This document shows, piece by piece, positions 1 through 9,052 of a stretch of DNA of 64,000 nucleotides; position 1 is the stretch's first letter, and every line of letters begins with the position of its first letter. The DNA comes from Marinifilaceae bacterium. Lineage in GTDB: Bacteria; Bacteroidota; Bacteroidia; Bacteroidales; Marinifilaceae. A model generated the notes under the pieces. The model saw nothing but the letters and a program-made list of their open reading frames with translations. It searched no databases and was not told the DNA's origin. Position numbers and translations under genes: made by a program. The stretch covers positions 10,054 through 74,053 of the forward strand of contig JAVBLD010000033.1 in assembly GCA_031553705.1 (NCBI GenBank), in the 5' to 3' direction.

Positions 1-112
1 GGGAATAAAAAACAAGTTGTTTATTCTTCCTGATGACGTGCAGATTATTCCCGGGCACGGTCCGGCGACTGTTATCGGAGAGGAGAAACGGGAAAACCCT
101 TTTTTTAAATAA
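1..112 (+). CDS. MBL-fold metallo-hydrolase, C-terminal fragment (5' end lies outside the window)
   Basis: Frame 2 reads ..LPDDVQIIPGHGPATVIGEEKRENPFFK*, with the stop codon at 110-112. The PGHG..T.IG.E...NPF ending is typical of the glyoxalase II / beta-lactamase-fold family. Confidence 0.55.
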   Translation, partial: GIKNKLFILPDDVQIIPGHGPATVIGEEKRENPFFK

Positions 113-152
113 ATAAGAACCTCATATAGTCAGACATGAGGAAAATAAAATT

Positions 153-839
153 ATGGATAAGATTGGGGTAATTGTTGCAATGGGCGTTGAGTATCGGCTG
201 GTCGGTGCGTTACTTGAAGATATAACGGAGAAGAAGATAAATGGAATTACTTTTGTAGAAGGAAAAGTGGGGGAGCGGTCGGTTGTATTAGCCCAGTGTG
301 GGATCGGCAAAGTTTGTTCCGCAGTAGGAGTGGTGGAGATGATCCATCATTTTCATCCTGATTGTATTATTAATTCCGGGGTGGCCGGAGGGATTGACAA
401 ATTGACCCGGGTAATGGATATTATAGTAGGAAAAATGATAGTGTATCATGATGTGTGGTGTGGTGAAGGGAATGAATACGGGCAGATACAGGGGATGCCG
501 TCCAGGTTTCTGGCAGATGAACATTTGTACCGGATGGCTCTATCGGTAAAGAGCGATGTGAGAATATACGGCGGTTTGATTTGTAGCGGCGATACATTTG
601 TTTCCGATAAGAAAGAATTGAATTGTATCAAGAAGAGATTTCCCGAAGGGCTGGCGGTAGATATGGAGTCGTGTTCGGTGGCACAGGTATGCTATATGTA
701 TCAGGTACCATTTCTTAGCTTCCGTGTTATCAGCGATACTCCCGGTGTAACGGGCCATTCTGCACAATACCGGGATTTCTGGACTATAGCTCCCGAAAAG
801 TCGTTTGATATACTGAAGCAGCTATTGATTGCAATTTAG
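153..839 (+). CDS. mtnN: 5'-methylthioadenosine/S-adenosylhomocysteine nucleosidase
   Basis: 228 aa. It shows the PNP/UDP-1 fold pattern: N-terminal IGVIVAMGVE, then GIGKV, VAGG and the catalytic-region AVDMES. It sits 17 nt upstream of luxS. Confidence 0.9.
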   Translation: MDKIGVIVAMGVEYRLVGALLEDITEKKINGITFVEGKVGERSVVLAQCGIGKVCSAVGVVEMIHHFHPDCIINSGVAGGIDKLTRVMDIIVGKMIVYHDVWCGEGNEYGQIQGMPSRFLADEHLYRMALSVKSDVRIYGGLICSGDTFVSDKKELNCIKKRFPEGLAVDMESCSVAQVCYMYQVPFLSFRVISDTPGVTGHSAQYRDFWTIAPEKSFDILKQLLIAI

Positions 840-856
840 ATTTTAAATAGTCATAT

Positions 857-1336
857 ATGAATAAGATACCAAGCTTTTCGATAGACCATATTAACCTGTT
901 GAGAGGAATCTATATGTCGCGTAAAGATTATATAGGCGATCAGGTTGTGACGACGTTCGATATTCGTATGAAGGAGCCGAATCGTGAACCGGCGTTAGGA
1001 TACGGAGAGTTGCATACAATAGAGCATCTTGCTGCGACTTTTCTGAGAAATCATTCTACATGGGGAGAGAAAATTGTTTTCTGGGGTCCGATGGGGTGCT
1101 GTACCGGTAATTACTTTTTAATGCAGGGAGATCTCCAACCTGCCGATATTGTGGAGTTGATGCGGGATACATTTTGTTTTATCCGTGATTTTGAAGGGGA
1201 GGTACCTGGAGTGCATCCCCGGGATTGCGGGAACTATCTGCTGCATAATCTTCCGATGGCAAAATACGAAGCTGCCAAATATGTACGGGAGGTACTTGAT
1301 GTAGTAGAGGAAAAGAATATGATATATCCGGCATAA
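857..1336 (+). CDS. luxS: S-ribosylhomocysteine lyase (AI-2 synthase)
   Basis: 159 aa with the metal-binding HTIEHL motif and the conserved MGCCTG (GCxTG) motif. The size is typical of LuxS. Confidence 0.92.
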   Translation: MNKIPSFSIDHINLLRGIYMSRKDYIGDQVVTTFDIRMKEPNREPALGYGELHTIEHLAATFLRNHSTWGEKIVFWGPMGCCTGNYFLMQGDLQPADIVELMRDTFCFIRDFEGEVPGVHPRDCGNYLLHNLPMAKYEAAKYVREVLDVVEEKNMIYPA

Positions 1337-1408
1337 ATCTATATCCCGGATCCGAAGTCATTTGTATGTTAAATGTTGAAAAACTATAATTTATTAAATA
1401 AATAGTAT

Positions 1409-1681
1409 ATGGAATGGGTTGTTGCGCATCGTGAAGCGGTTCACCGCTTCGAGGTGGAGGAGGCAGGATATATTGCTTATGTGGAATATGTACTTTTCAA
1501 TGGAGGGATTAATTTTACACACACTTGGGTCCCGAAAGCGTTGGAGGGTAGAGGAATAGCTTCGGTACTGGTGGCTTATGTATTGCAATATGCCAGGGAC
1601 AACGGCTTAAAGGTTGTAACCGGCTGTAGCTTTATTGGGAGCTATATCAAACGTAATCCGGAATATCAGGATTTACTATAG
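1409..1681 (+). CDS. small GNAT-like N-acetyltransferase (YjdJ type)
   Basis: 90 aa. It has the pattern ..F.HT.VP..L.GRGIAS.L....L.YAR..G.KV...C.F, which is characteristic of the single-domain GNAT_acetyltran family. Confidence 0.6.
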   Translation: MEWVVAHREAVHRFEVEEAGYIAYVEYVLFNGGINFTHTWVPKALEGRGIASVLVAYVLQYARDNGLKVVTGCSFIGSYIKRNPEYQDLL

Positions 1682-1747
1682 TGGTTTCTTGCAATGAAAA
1701 TTCTTTAGAATTTTGTACATTTGTGATGTTTTTGACAAAGTGATTAT

Positions 1748-3283
1748 ATGGTAAAAAATCGGAAGGTATGGCATAGACTGTCTGTAATGGGTAGGACATT
1801 GATGTTTATCATGTTGGTAGTTGCATGTAGCCAGAAGAATAAGGAGATGGAGCTGGTTTTGTTGCACACGAATGATACTCATGGGACAGTTGTGGCGATA
1901 GAAGGTATTGGCGGATTAGCAGAACGGGCAACTTTTATTAAACAGGTCAGGGAAAAAAATAAATATACTTTGCTGGTGGATGCCGGGGATATAAATATTG
2001 GCCAACCTGCTTCCAATCTGGCGATGGCTAAGCCCGATTTTCTTGCCTATAAATATATGAAATACGATGCGGTAGTTCCAGGTAATCATGAGTTTGATCA
2101 TCCGATAAATATTTTTCTTGAGCAGATGAAAAGTGTCAATTTTCCATTCCTTACATCTAATATAGAACGGGAAGGGAAATTACTGGGAAAGCCTTATATA
2201 ATCAAGGAATATGGAAATGTAAAAATAGGTCTGTTCGGGCTGACAACAAAGCATACCCAGAATTTAAGTGTCGGAGCTACCTGCCTTGTTTTTCTTGATG
2301 AGATAGAGACGGCACATAAAATGGTGCAGCTACTAAAAGAAAAAGAAGTGGATATCATTATAGCCGTCACCCATCTTGGGATGATTGAAATTACACCTGG
2401 CTTTATTACTTCGGCTAAATTGGCGGAACAGGTTGATGGAATTGATATCATTGTAGACGGACATTCACATGCTTATCTGGAAAAGCCGGAGATAGTGAAT
2501 GGAACGTATATTGTCACTGCTAATCAGGGAGGGCGGTATGTCGGGAACGGAAAATTGCATATTATCAATAAAAAGTTGGCTAAATTCGACTGGGAACCGG
2601 TATTAATGAAGGGGCTCACCCCCGATCCTGTTCTGAAAGAAGTATTACAGCCTTTTGTCGATGTAGCCAAACGGGATCTGAATACTTTGATCGGAGAGGC
2701 TACCGCGCCGTTTGCTTTGTTTAAGGATCGGGAAAATATGGCTCGCTATGGAGAGACTCCCTTAGGTAATCTGGTAACGGATGCAATGTATTGGAAAGCG
2801 GGAAAATTATTTAAAATGAAAATCAGCTTTGCGTTGATTAATTCAGGAGGGATACGCCAGGGTATTCCGGAAGGGGCAATTACCAAAAATGAAGTATTAA
2901 CGGTATTGCCGTTTGGGGATGAGTTGGATGTAGTGAGGATGACCGGTAAGGAGGTCACCTATCTGTTTGATTTTCTGGCTGCTGTCCCAATGGGAAGCGG
3001 GGCCTTTCCGCAGTTGTCGAAAGAAGTGCAGGTCGTGATTAACAGAAAAGAGCAAAGAATTGAGGAATTGAAGATTAATAATCAGGTGGTTGTAGATACA
3101 GCAATCTACTATATGGCTACCTGCAATTACATAACATCCGGAAGAGACAGTTATAATTTCGGATTACCGTCGATCGTACGTAAAGAAAGTACTTCCTGTT
3201 ATATTTCGGAAGCATTGATCGAATATATCCGGATGCAAGGACAGATTATTCCGCGTCTGGAGGGACGGATTAAAGTGAAGTGA
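1748..3283 (+). CDS. bifunctional metallophosphatase/5'-nucleotidase (UshA family), lipoprotein
   Basis: Carries the calcineurin-like motifs HTNDTHG, DAGD and GNHEFD plus a C-terminal 5'-nucleotidase domain. The signal peptide has a lipobox (LVVAC). Confidence 0.85.
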   Translation: MVKNRKVWHRLSVMGRTLMFIMLVVACSQKNKEMELVLLHTNDTHGTVVAIEGIGGLAERATFIKQVREKNKYTLLVDAGDINIGQPASNLAMAKPDFLAYKYMKYDAVVPGNHEFDHPINIFLEQMKSVNFPFLTSNIEREGKLLGKPYIIKEYGNVKIGLFGLTTKHTQNLSVGATCLVFLDEIETAHKMVQLLKEKEVDIIIAVTHLGMIEITPGFITSAKLAEQVDGIDIIVDGHSHAYLEKPEIVNGTYIVTANQGGRYVGNGKLHIINKKLAKFDWEPVLMKGLTPDPVLKEVLQPFVDVAKRDLNTLIGEATAPFALFKDRENMARYGETPLGNLVTDAMYWKAGKLFKMKISFALINSGGIRQGIPEGAITKNEVLTVLPFGDELDVVRMTGKEVTYLFDFLAAVPMGSGAFPQLSKEVQVVINRKEQRIEELKINNQVVVDTAIYYMATCNYITSGRDSYNFGLPSIVRKESTSCYISEALIEYIRMQGQIIPRLEGRIKVK

Positions 3284-3292
3284 TCACCTCTC

Positions 3293-5179
3293 TTATTGCG
3301 GCGCACATGGCAGCCTGAACCAAAAACGTGATCCTTGACCGATAATGGAGTTCACTCCAATTTCTCCCCCCATATTTTCTATGATGCTGCGGCAGATCGA
3401 AAGACCAAGACCAGTACCATTAAAAAAATGGTTAACTTGTACGAAACGGTCGAAAATGGTGCCGATATATTCCGGCGCAATACCGATCCCCGTATCTCGT
3501 ACATAAAATTCGACGTTACTTTCGGAAACGTTATATCCGATAGATATATTTCCCTGCGATGTAAATTTGATGGCATTATGAATAAAATTGGAAAGAACCT
3601 GGGTTATTCGTTTTTTATCACTGTTTATAGTGAGCGTCGGTAGATGTTTTTCAAAAATCAATACGACCTTTGATGGTATTTTGGACACAAATGTCTGGAT
3701 AAGTTCCGAACATAATTCATTTACTTCAATATCGTTGTATTTGATCTCGAAGATACCTGCTTCTATTTTGGAAAAATCCAGGATATCGGAGATCAATTGC
3801 AACAACTGTTCGCTATTATTCTGAATAATGCTTAAATATTGTTGTTTGGCATCCTGATCATCTACATCGGCAATTACCGCTGAGAATCCGACAATAGCGT
3901 TTAACGGTGTACGTATCTCATGGCTCATATTGGCCAGAAAAGCTGATTTAAGCCGGTCCGATTCTTCTGCTTTGATTTTTGCTTCAATTAATTTTGCTTC
4001 CGTTTTCTTTGATTCAGTGATATCATAGTTTAATCCGACAATTTCAAGGTTATTATTAGCCAAATCGAATTCTTTTATTTTTAATATACAGCGTACCCAT
4101 TTCCAGTCGTCCCCGTTTTTTACTCTGATTTCTGCCTGCATATCGGACGCTTTGCCTCTGAAAATGTCCCGGTAAAAATTTTGTATGATCTGCCTGTCGT
4201 CAGAGTGTATGCTTTTATAAATGCTGATAATGTCCTTCAGGTTGCGTTTCTCTTCATTCATATTCTTGAACCATTGCTCAATGGCGAATCCCGTTTGCTT
4301 GATCGGATTCCATTTGTAGACTCCGATTCCCGCAAACTCCGCAATATAGGTAAAGAAATCTTCGAATTCCCTGATTCTCTGAAAGGTATTTGATGTTGCG
4401 GTATTGTCAGAGGATACCAGCATATAGCCTCCGATATCGTCATTTTTATCTCTTAGTACGGTTCCTTTGATATTAAGTTTTTTTATCTCTTTCGGGGTTG
4501 TCAGGAGATTGGTGTAATCGATATCCAGGCAACACCCTCTGCCGTTACGTAGCTCATTTTTGGCACTACCGGTCAAAAACGGATGTTCATAGATATGGTT
4601 TCCCAGTACATTTTCTTTTTGAGGAAATCCAAGTATTTTAAGTGCATTTTCATTGATATCCTGCAGGAAACCGTCTTTATTGTATAGTTCTATCCCTGCA
4701 GGAATATATTGGGATATATTATACAGGTAACTGTCATTCCGGTTGATTACCACGGATTGTGTCTGCTCTTCATGTTTTTTTGTCTCCTTATATGCGGATA
4801 GATACTGAATATATCCTTTTATCGATTGTTTACTTTTGTTACTGTCCGGTTTATATTCCGATTTGGCGCGGATCCAGGAATAACCATGGACGGTCTTGAT
4901 GGGAAAAGTCTCATCATACGTATAGAGTTGTTGTAAGGTTAAGCTGTCAAATCCTGCCTGCTCTTGGTAATCTTTATGTATCAGATTAATAAAAGTATCG
5001 AATGTGATGGTTTTTGAACTCAACCCCATTCTCTCTACGATGTTGTCCGAGCACAAAAAACATTTGTTCTTAATATCCGCTTCCCACCAGCCAATATTTA
5101 TCATTTGATGAATGTCAGATTCTTTCATTCCTACCTCGTCCCGACTACTTTCTCCATTCATAGCTAATAATTCTGTCAT
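3293..5179 (-). CDS. soluble PAS-domain sensor histidine kinase
   Basis: H-box SHEIRTPLNAI, N-box NAIKFT, G-boxes DTGIGI and GTGLGLSI. Several PAS-like segments lie upstream and there is no hydrophobic TM segment. Confidence 0.85.
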   Translation of the reverse strand: MTELLAMNGESSRDEVGMKESDIHQMINIGWWEADIKNKCFLCSDNIVERMGLSSKTITFDTFINLIHKDYQEQAGFDSLTLQQLYTYDETFPIKTVHGYSWIRAKSEYKPDSNKSKQSIKGYIQYLSAYKETKKHEEQTQSVVINRNDSYLYNISQYIPAGIELYNKDGFLQDINENALKILGFPQKENVLGNHIYEHPFLTGSAKNELRNGRGCCLDIDYTNLLTTPKEIKKLNIKGTVLRDKNDDIGGYMLVSSDNTATSNTFQRIREFEDFFTYIAEFAGIGVYKWNPIKQTGFAIEQWFKNMNEEKRNLKDIISIYKSIHSDDRQIIQNFYRDIFRGKASDMQAEIRVKNGDDWKWVRCILKIKEFDLANNNLEIVGLNYDITESKKTEAKLIEAKIKAEESDRLKSAFLANMSHEIRTPLNAIVGFSAVIADVDDQDAKQQYLSIIQNNSEQLLQLISDILDFSKIEAGIFEIKYNDIEVNELCSELIQTFVSKIPSKVVLIFEKHLPTLTINSDKKRITQVLSNFIHNAIKFTSQGNISIGYNVSESNVEFYVRDTGIGIAPEYIGTIFDRFVQVNHFFNGTGLGLSICRSIIENMGGEIGVNSIIGQGSRFWFRLPCAPQ

Positions 5180-5287
5180 GTATTCTGTTTAATATACGGA
5201 GCATACTCGTTTTAGTTGAATAAATTTTTCATAAGTTAGATTAAAAATATGAGAATTCCTGCCTAGTGTAATTAAAATTAAAATGGC

Positions 5288-5341
5288 ATAATATTTGTAA
5301 TGAACAAAAGAAAAATTACTTTTGTTCATTACAAATATTAT
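5288..5341. repeat. perfect 23-bp inverted repeat with an 8-nt spacer in a divergent promoter region
   Basis: ATAATATTTGTAATGAACAAAAG (5288-5310), spacer aaaaatta, then CTTTTGTTCATTACAAATATTAT (5319-5341). The second arm is the exact reverse complement of the first and ends 12 nt before the ATG at 5354. Confidence 0.9.
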
Positions 5342-5353
5342 GATTGATAAACG

Positions 5354-7963
5354 ATGAAGAAAATATTGTTTTTGATTGCTTTAGCCTATAGTTTATGCGG
5401 ATTTTCATTATATGATGAAGATCCATTTTTATTGAAAGTCCGTCAGAATTTTATGACGAGAGCGAAGATGCAACCGCAGGAAAAGGTATATCTGCATACG
5501 GACCGGGAACAATATATTGTAGGAGATACGGTTTGGTTCAGGGCTTATCTGGTGGATATGCTTACCAATATGAAATCCAATTACAGCCAGTATGTATATG
5601 TGGAACTGACGAACCGGCAGGACTCCGTGATTAAGCGTGTAAAAGTGACTTGTCGGGATTCAATCTTTTCCGGTTATATGGATATTCCGGTTGTTTCGAG
5701 GGGTGAATATATTCTTCGGGCTTTCTCTTACTGGATGCAGAATGCCGGAAAAGATTACCTGTTTGAGAAGAAAATCAAGATAACCAATCTTGAAGATTTC
5801 AGAGTCAATACCCGTGTGACTTATACAGAAGAGAAGGAAAGAAGTATTGCCCATATTCGTTTCACCAATGCAGCAGGAAGTGCATTTGATAAGGTATATA
5901 TCTGCTACCAGGTGAATAAAAAAGGGAAAAATGGAAAAATGTTGATACAGCGTACGGATACTAGGGGGGAGATACAGGTAGAATTTGATTCGAAAGAAAG
6001 TCCTGATGAAATCTATGTAAAATTTGATGAGAAGGATTCTCCTTTTTCGTTTGAACGCCACATTCATATATCGCCTCGGGTAAAAGACTTTAATATTTCC
6101 TTTTTTCCAGAAGGAGGGCATTTACTGTCGGGTAATATGCAGAATATTGCCTTCAAAGCCATCGGAAATGACGGATTGTCGGTAGATGTGATGGGATATA
6201 TATACGATGATACGGATGAAATCGTGGGAATGTTTAATACGGTTCACCGAGGAATGGGAGGTTTTGCTTTGGATGTAAAACCGGGGAAACGGTATTATGC
6301 GGTTGTTACGACGGCAGACAGTAGCCAGAAAAAGGTGGAGTTGCCGGAAGTGCGGCGTGATGCCATTGGTTTAAAGGTTAAAAAGGTCGACAGTCTGTTG
6401 CTCTATCAGGTTATGCTGGGGGACAGTGCCCGGCAGCCGGAAGATCTCTGTTTTTTGGCCCATTCTCGAGGGGTCGTGTTGGCATTCGGGCGTTTAAACG
6501 GGAGAAGTATCGGTCGGCTGGATTGGGAGAAGTTGCCGGAGGGAATATTGAATCTTGTATTGATGGATTCGAAATATAATGTTTATAGTCAACGTCTCTG
6601 TTTCATCCGGAAAAAAGAGAGACCGGAATTGTATATCGAACCGGATAAAAAGAGCTATGAAGCGCGCGATTTGGTGAAATTGAATTTACATCTGTCTGTT
6701 GATACAGGCCGTTTTAATCCCGGTTCTTTTTCGATTGCGGTTACTGATGACGGAAAAGTGAAGCAGGATTCTCTGGCAGATAATATACAATCAAATTTGT
6801 TATTGACTTCCGACTTAAAAGGATATATTGAAGATCCCGGATATTATTTTAGAGAGGTAAATCTAACTACGGACCGTTGTCTTGATATACTGATGATGAC
6901 ACAAGGATGGACGCGGTTTGATGTAGCCCAAATTGCCCGTGGAGAGTATGAGGATACTCCGTATTATATGGAACAAGGGCAAGCCGTTTCCGGTAAAGTA
7001 AAAAATTTTTGGGGTAAGGATGCCCAAAAGGCCCAATTGATATTATTTTCTAATTCCGGACTTTTCAAGATGGTAGATGCGGATACTGCTGGTCGGTTTA
7101 TGGTGGACGGGATTTCCTATCCCGATGGTACGCAGTTTCTGCTACAGGCACAGAATCGTAAGGGACGTAGAAGAGTTGAGGTTATCGTAGATGAAGATAT
7201 TTTTATCGCACCGGAGAATCGATTTCCATACAAGCGGGAAAATGAAGAGGCAAAGGATGATGATTTTTATTTGAAAAGAGATTATTACTATGTAAATGGC
7301 GAAAAAATTTATGTTCTGGATGAGGTGGTGATCAAGAGAAAGAAGCCTAAAAAAGTACCCTCTTTTTATGACAATATGGCAACATATCATTTGGATTCGG
7401 TAAAGATTGCATCGATGAAAGATCTTAGGATTGAGGATATATTGCAGGAGATGCCGGGAATAACGGTTGTAGATGATAATGTTACCCGTTATGGTAAGAC
7501 ATTGCATCTTCGGGTTAATGATTTTCCAGAAGATATGGAATATATCAGATTATTGCCGGTCGAATATCTATTGAGTATCAGTTATATCGAAGAGATGCAG
7601 TCAAAGGTACTGTTTGGCGATAGCGCCGCTAACGGTGCTTTGATTATCACGATGAATCCTATATATAGGGATAAGCCCCGTTTAAATATGTCTGTTATTT
7701 CGCCTTTAGGTTATCAAAGAGCTGCGGCGTTTTATATTCCTAGATATGAGGTTGATTCTGTGCGCCTTGCTCGCAAAGATTCGGTGGATGACCGACATAC
7801 GATATATTGGAATCCGAATGTGAAGATCGATAGCAGCGGTTCAACAACACTATCGTTTTCTACGGCGGATGAATATAATACCTATACAATTATATTGGAA
7901 GGCATATTGAGTGACGGAACAATATGCCGCCAGGAAAAAAAAATTACGTTGAAGCTTCCTTAA
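5354..7963 (+). CDS. secreted protein with an MG2-like N-terminal beta-sandwich and a C-terminal TonB-receptor plug-like domain but no barrel
   Basis: Signal peptide MKKILFLIALAYSL. The segment VYLHTDREQYIVGDTVWFRAYL resembles the alpha-2-macroglobulin MG2 signature. The C-terminal part (DILQEMPGITVV...LFGDSAANGALIITM) resembles a TBDT plug, and only about 130 aa follow it. Confidence 0.5.
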   Translation: MKKILFLIALAYSLCGFSLYDEDPFLLKVRQNFMTRAKMQPQEKVYLHTDREQYIVGDTVWFRAYLVDMLTNMKSNYSQYVYVELTNRQDSVIKRVKVTCRDSIFSGYMDIPVVSRGEYILRAFSYWMQNAGKDYLFEKKIKITNLEDFRVNTRVTYTEEKERSIAHIRFTNAAGSAFDKVYICYQVNKKGKNGKMLIQRTDTRGEIQVEFDSKESPDEIYVKFDEKDSPFSFERHIHISPRVKDFNISFFPEGGHLLSGNMQNIAFKAIGNDGLSVDVMGYIYDDTDEIVGMFNTVHRGMGGFALDVKPGKRYYAVVTTADSSQKKVELPEVRRDAIGLKVKKVDSLLLYQVMLGDSARQPEDLCFLAHSRGVVLAFGRLNGRSIGRLDWEKLPEGILNLVLMDSKYNVYSQRLCFIRKKERPELYIEPDKKSYEARDLVKLNLHLSVDTGRFNPGSFSIAVTDDGKVKQDSLADNIQSNLLLTSDLKGYIEDPGYYFREVNLTTDRCLDILMMTQGWTRFDVAQIARGEYEDTPYYMEQGQAVSGKVKNFWGKDAQKAQLILFSNSGLFKMVDADTAGRFMVDGISYPDGTQFLLQAQNRKGRRRVEVIVDEDIFIAPENRFPYKRENEEAKDDDFYLKRDYYYVNGEKIYVLDEVVIKRKKPKKVPSFYDNMATYHLDSVKIASMKDLRIEDILQEMPGITVVDDNVTRYGKTLHLRVNDFPEDMEYIRLLPVEYLLSISYIEEMQSKVLFGDSAANGALIITMNPIYRDKPRLNMSVISPLGYQRAAAFYIPRYEVDSVRLARKDSVDDRHTIYWNPNVKIDSSGSTTLSFSTADEYNTYTIILEGILSDGTICRQEKKITLKLP

Positions 7964-8005
7964 ATTACAGTATGTAAGATAAATCTGGATAGATTCCTTG
8001 CTGTC

Positions 8006-8212
8006 TTATTTTATTCTTTTCTGTTTTTGATTTTTGGAGATAGATCTCCTGGAGGTATATGTCATAATAAAGAGCAGAAATGAACTGAGGAGCCCGATAT
8101 ATATCGGTAGATTTTGCTCCAAAGAAAGGTCGCCAGGGGTTAGTAATAATATAAAGCAAACCATAAGAGCAATAGAAATATACATGAAAATCCGGAAAAA
8201 TCGTAACCCCAT
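8006..8212 (-). CDS. small membrane protein, two predicted TM helices and a basic C-terminal tail
   Basis: 68 aa with two hydrophobic stretches (FMYISIALMVCFILLL and IYIGLLSSFLLFIM). A minus-strand TATATTTG box (plus coordinates 8242-8249) lies about 30 nt upstream of its ATG. Confidence 0.4.
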   Translation of the reverse strand: MGLRFFRIFMYISIALMVCFILLLTPGDLSLEQNLPIYIGLLSSFLLFIMTYTSRRSISKNQKQKRIK

Positions 8213-8331
8213 TTTAGTGATGGTTTAAATCAAACAACAGACAAATATAGTATAAAAACAGCCTAAATAAAATCAGTTTCGTTAAAAATGGCCCGCCTGT
8301 TTTATATTTTGCCCGGATATTCGTATCTTGT

Positions 8332-8844
8332 ATGGGAAATAAATATAAAAAGAATATGAGAACAGAGACATTTACACTTAGAAGTATCGATGTAGGCGGT
8401 ATTGGGACGTTGAAGGAGGCTCATACCGCATCTGGAGGTCGCAATATATCTCCGGCGCTTTCTTGGGTAAACGCGCCGGAAGGTACCCGTAGCTTCGCTG
8501 TTACTATGTACGATAAGGATGCTCCTACCGGAGGCGGTTTCTGGCACTGGTTGATATTTGATATTCCTCCTACGGTAAATGGTTTGCCGGCTGACGCAGG
8601 GAATATATCAAGCCATCTTGCTCCTCCGTCGGCTATTCAAAGTATTACGGATTACGGCTCGTACGGATATGGAGGCCCCAATCCACCTCATGGTCACGGA
8701 TGGCATAGTTATATGATTACAGTTTACGCCTTGAAAGTGGAGTCTCTCGGTATGACGCGAGATATGACACCTGCTCAGGTCGGCTTTAATTTATGGAAGA
8801 ATACTATTGAAAAAGCCTCTATCGTGTTCTACTATCAGAATTGA
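8332..8844 (+). CDS. YbhB/YbcL family Raf-kinase-inhibitor-like (PEBP) protein
   Basis: Shows SP.LSW...P.GT.SFA..MYD.DAPTGGGFWHW and GPNPPHGHGWHSY...VYAL, the classic bacterial PEBP motifs. Confidence 0.85.
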   Translation: MGNKYKKNMRTETFTLRSIDVGGIGTLKEAHTASGGRNISPALSWVNAPEGTRSFAVTMYDKDAPTGGGFWHWLIFDIPPTVNGLPADAGNISSHLAPPSAIQSITDYGSYGYGGPNPPHGHGWHSYMITVYALKVESLGMTRDMTPAQVGFNLWKNTIEKASIVFYYQN

Positions 8845-8878
8845 AAATCCTGATAGGTTTTAGTGTATTTAAATTATT

Positions 8879-8925
8879 TGTCCTGTTTTTTTCTCTAAAT
8901 AAATGGAAAAAAACAGGACATTTTT
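8879..8925 (+). terminator. intrinsic terminator after the PEBP gene
   Basis: A perfect 15-bp stem, TGTCCTGTTTTTTTC (8879-8893) with GAAAAAAACAGGACA (8906-8920), a 12-nt loop, followed by TTTTT. Confidence 0.8.
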
Positions 8926-9052
8926 ATATATAAGGTTTTCCGTTATAGTTAAATAAGTGGTGTATAACTGCAAAAAAGCGTATTAAAGAGCGAAAAATCA
9001 TTCAGAATTCATATTTTTGCAATGGTGAAATATGTAATGGCTAGTATGGCTT

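Noticed and set aside
5288-5341. The 23-bp inverted repeat considered as the boundary of an invertible (phase-variable) promoter.
   Set aside because: The two arms are separated by only 8 nt, so nothing lies between them to invert. No site-specific recombinase gene is nearby.
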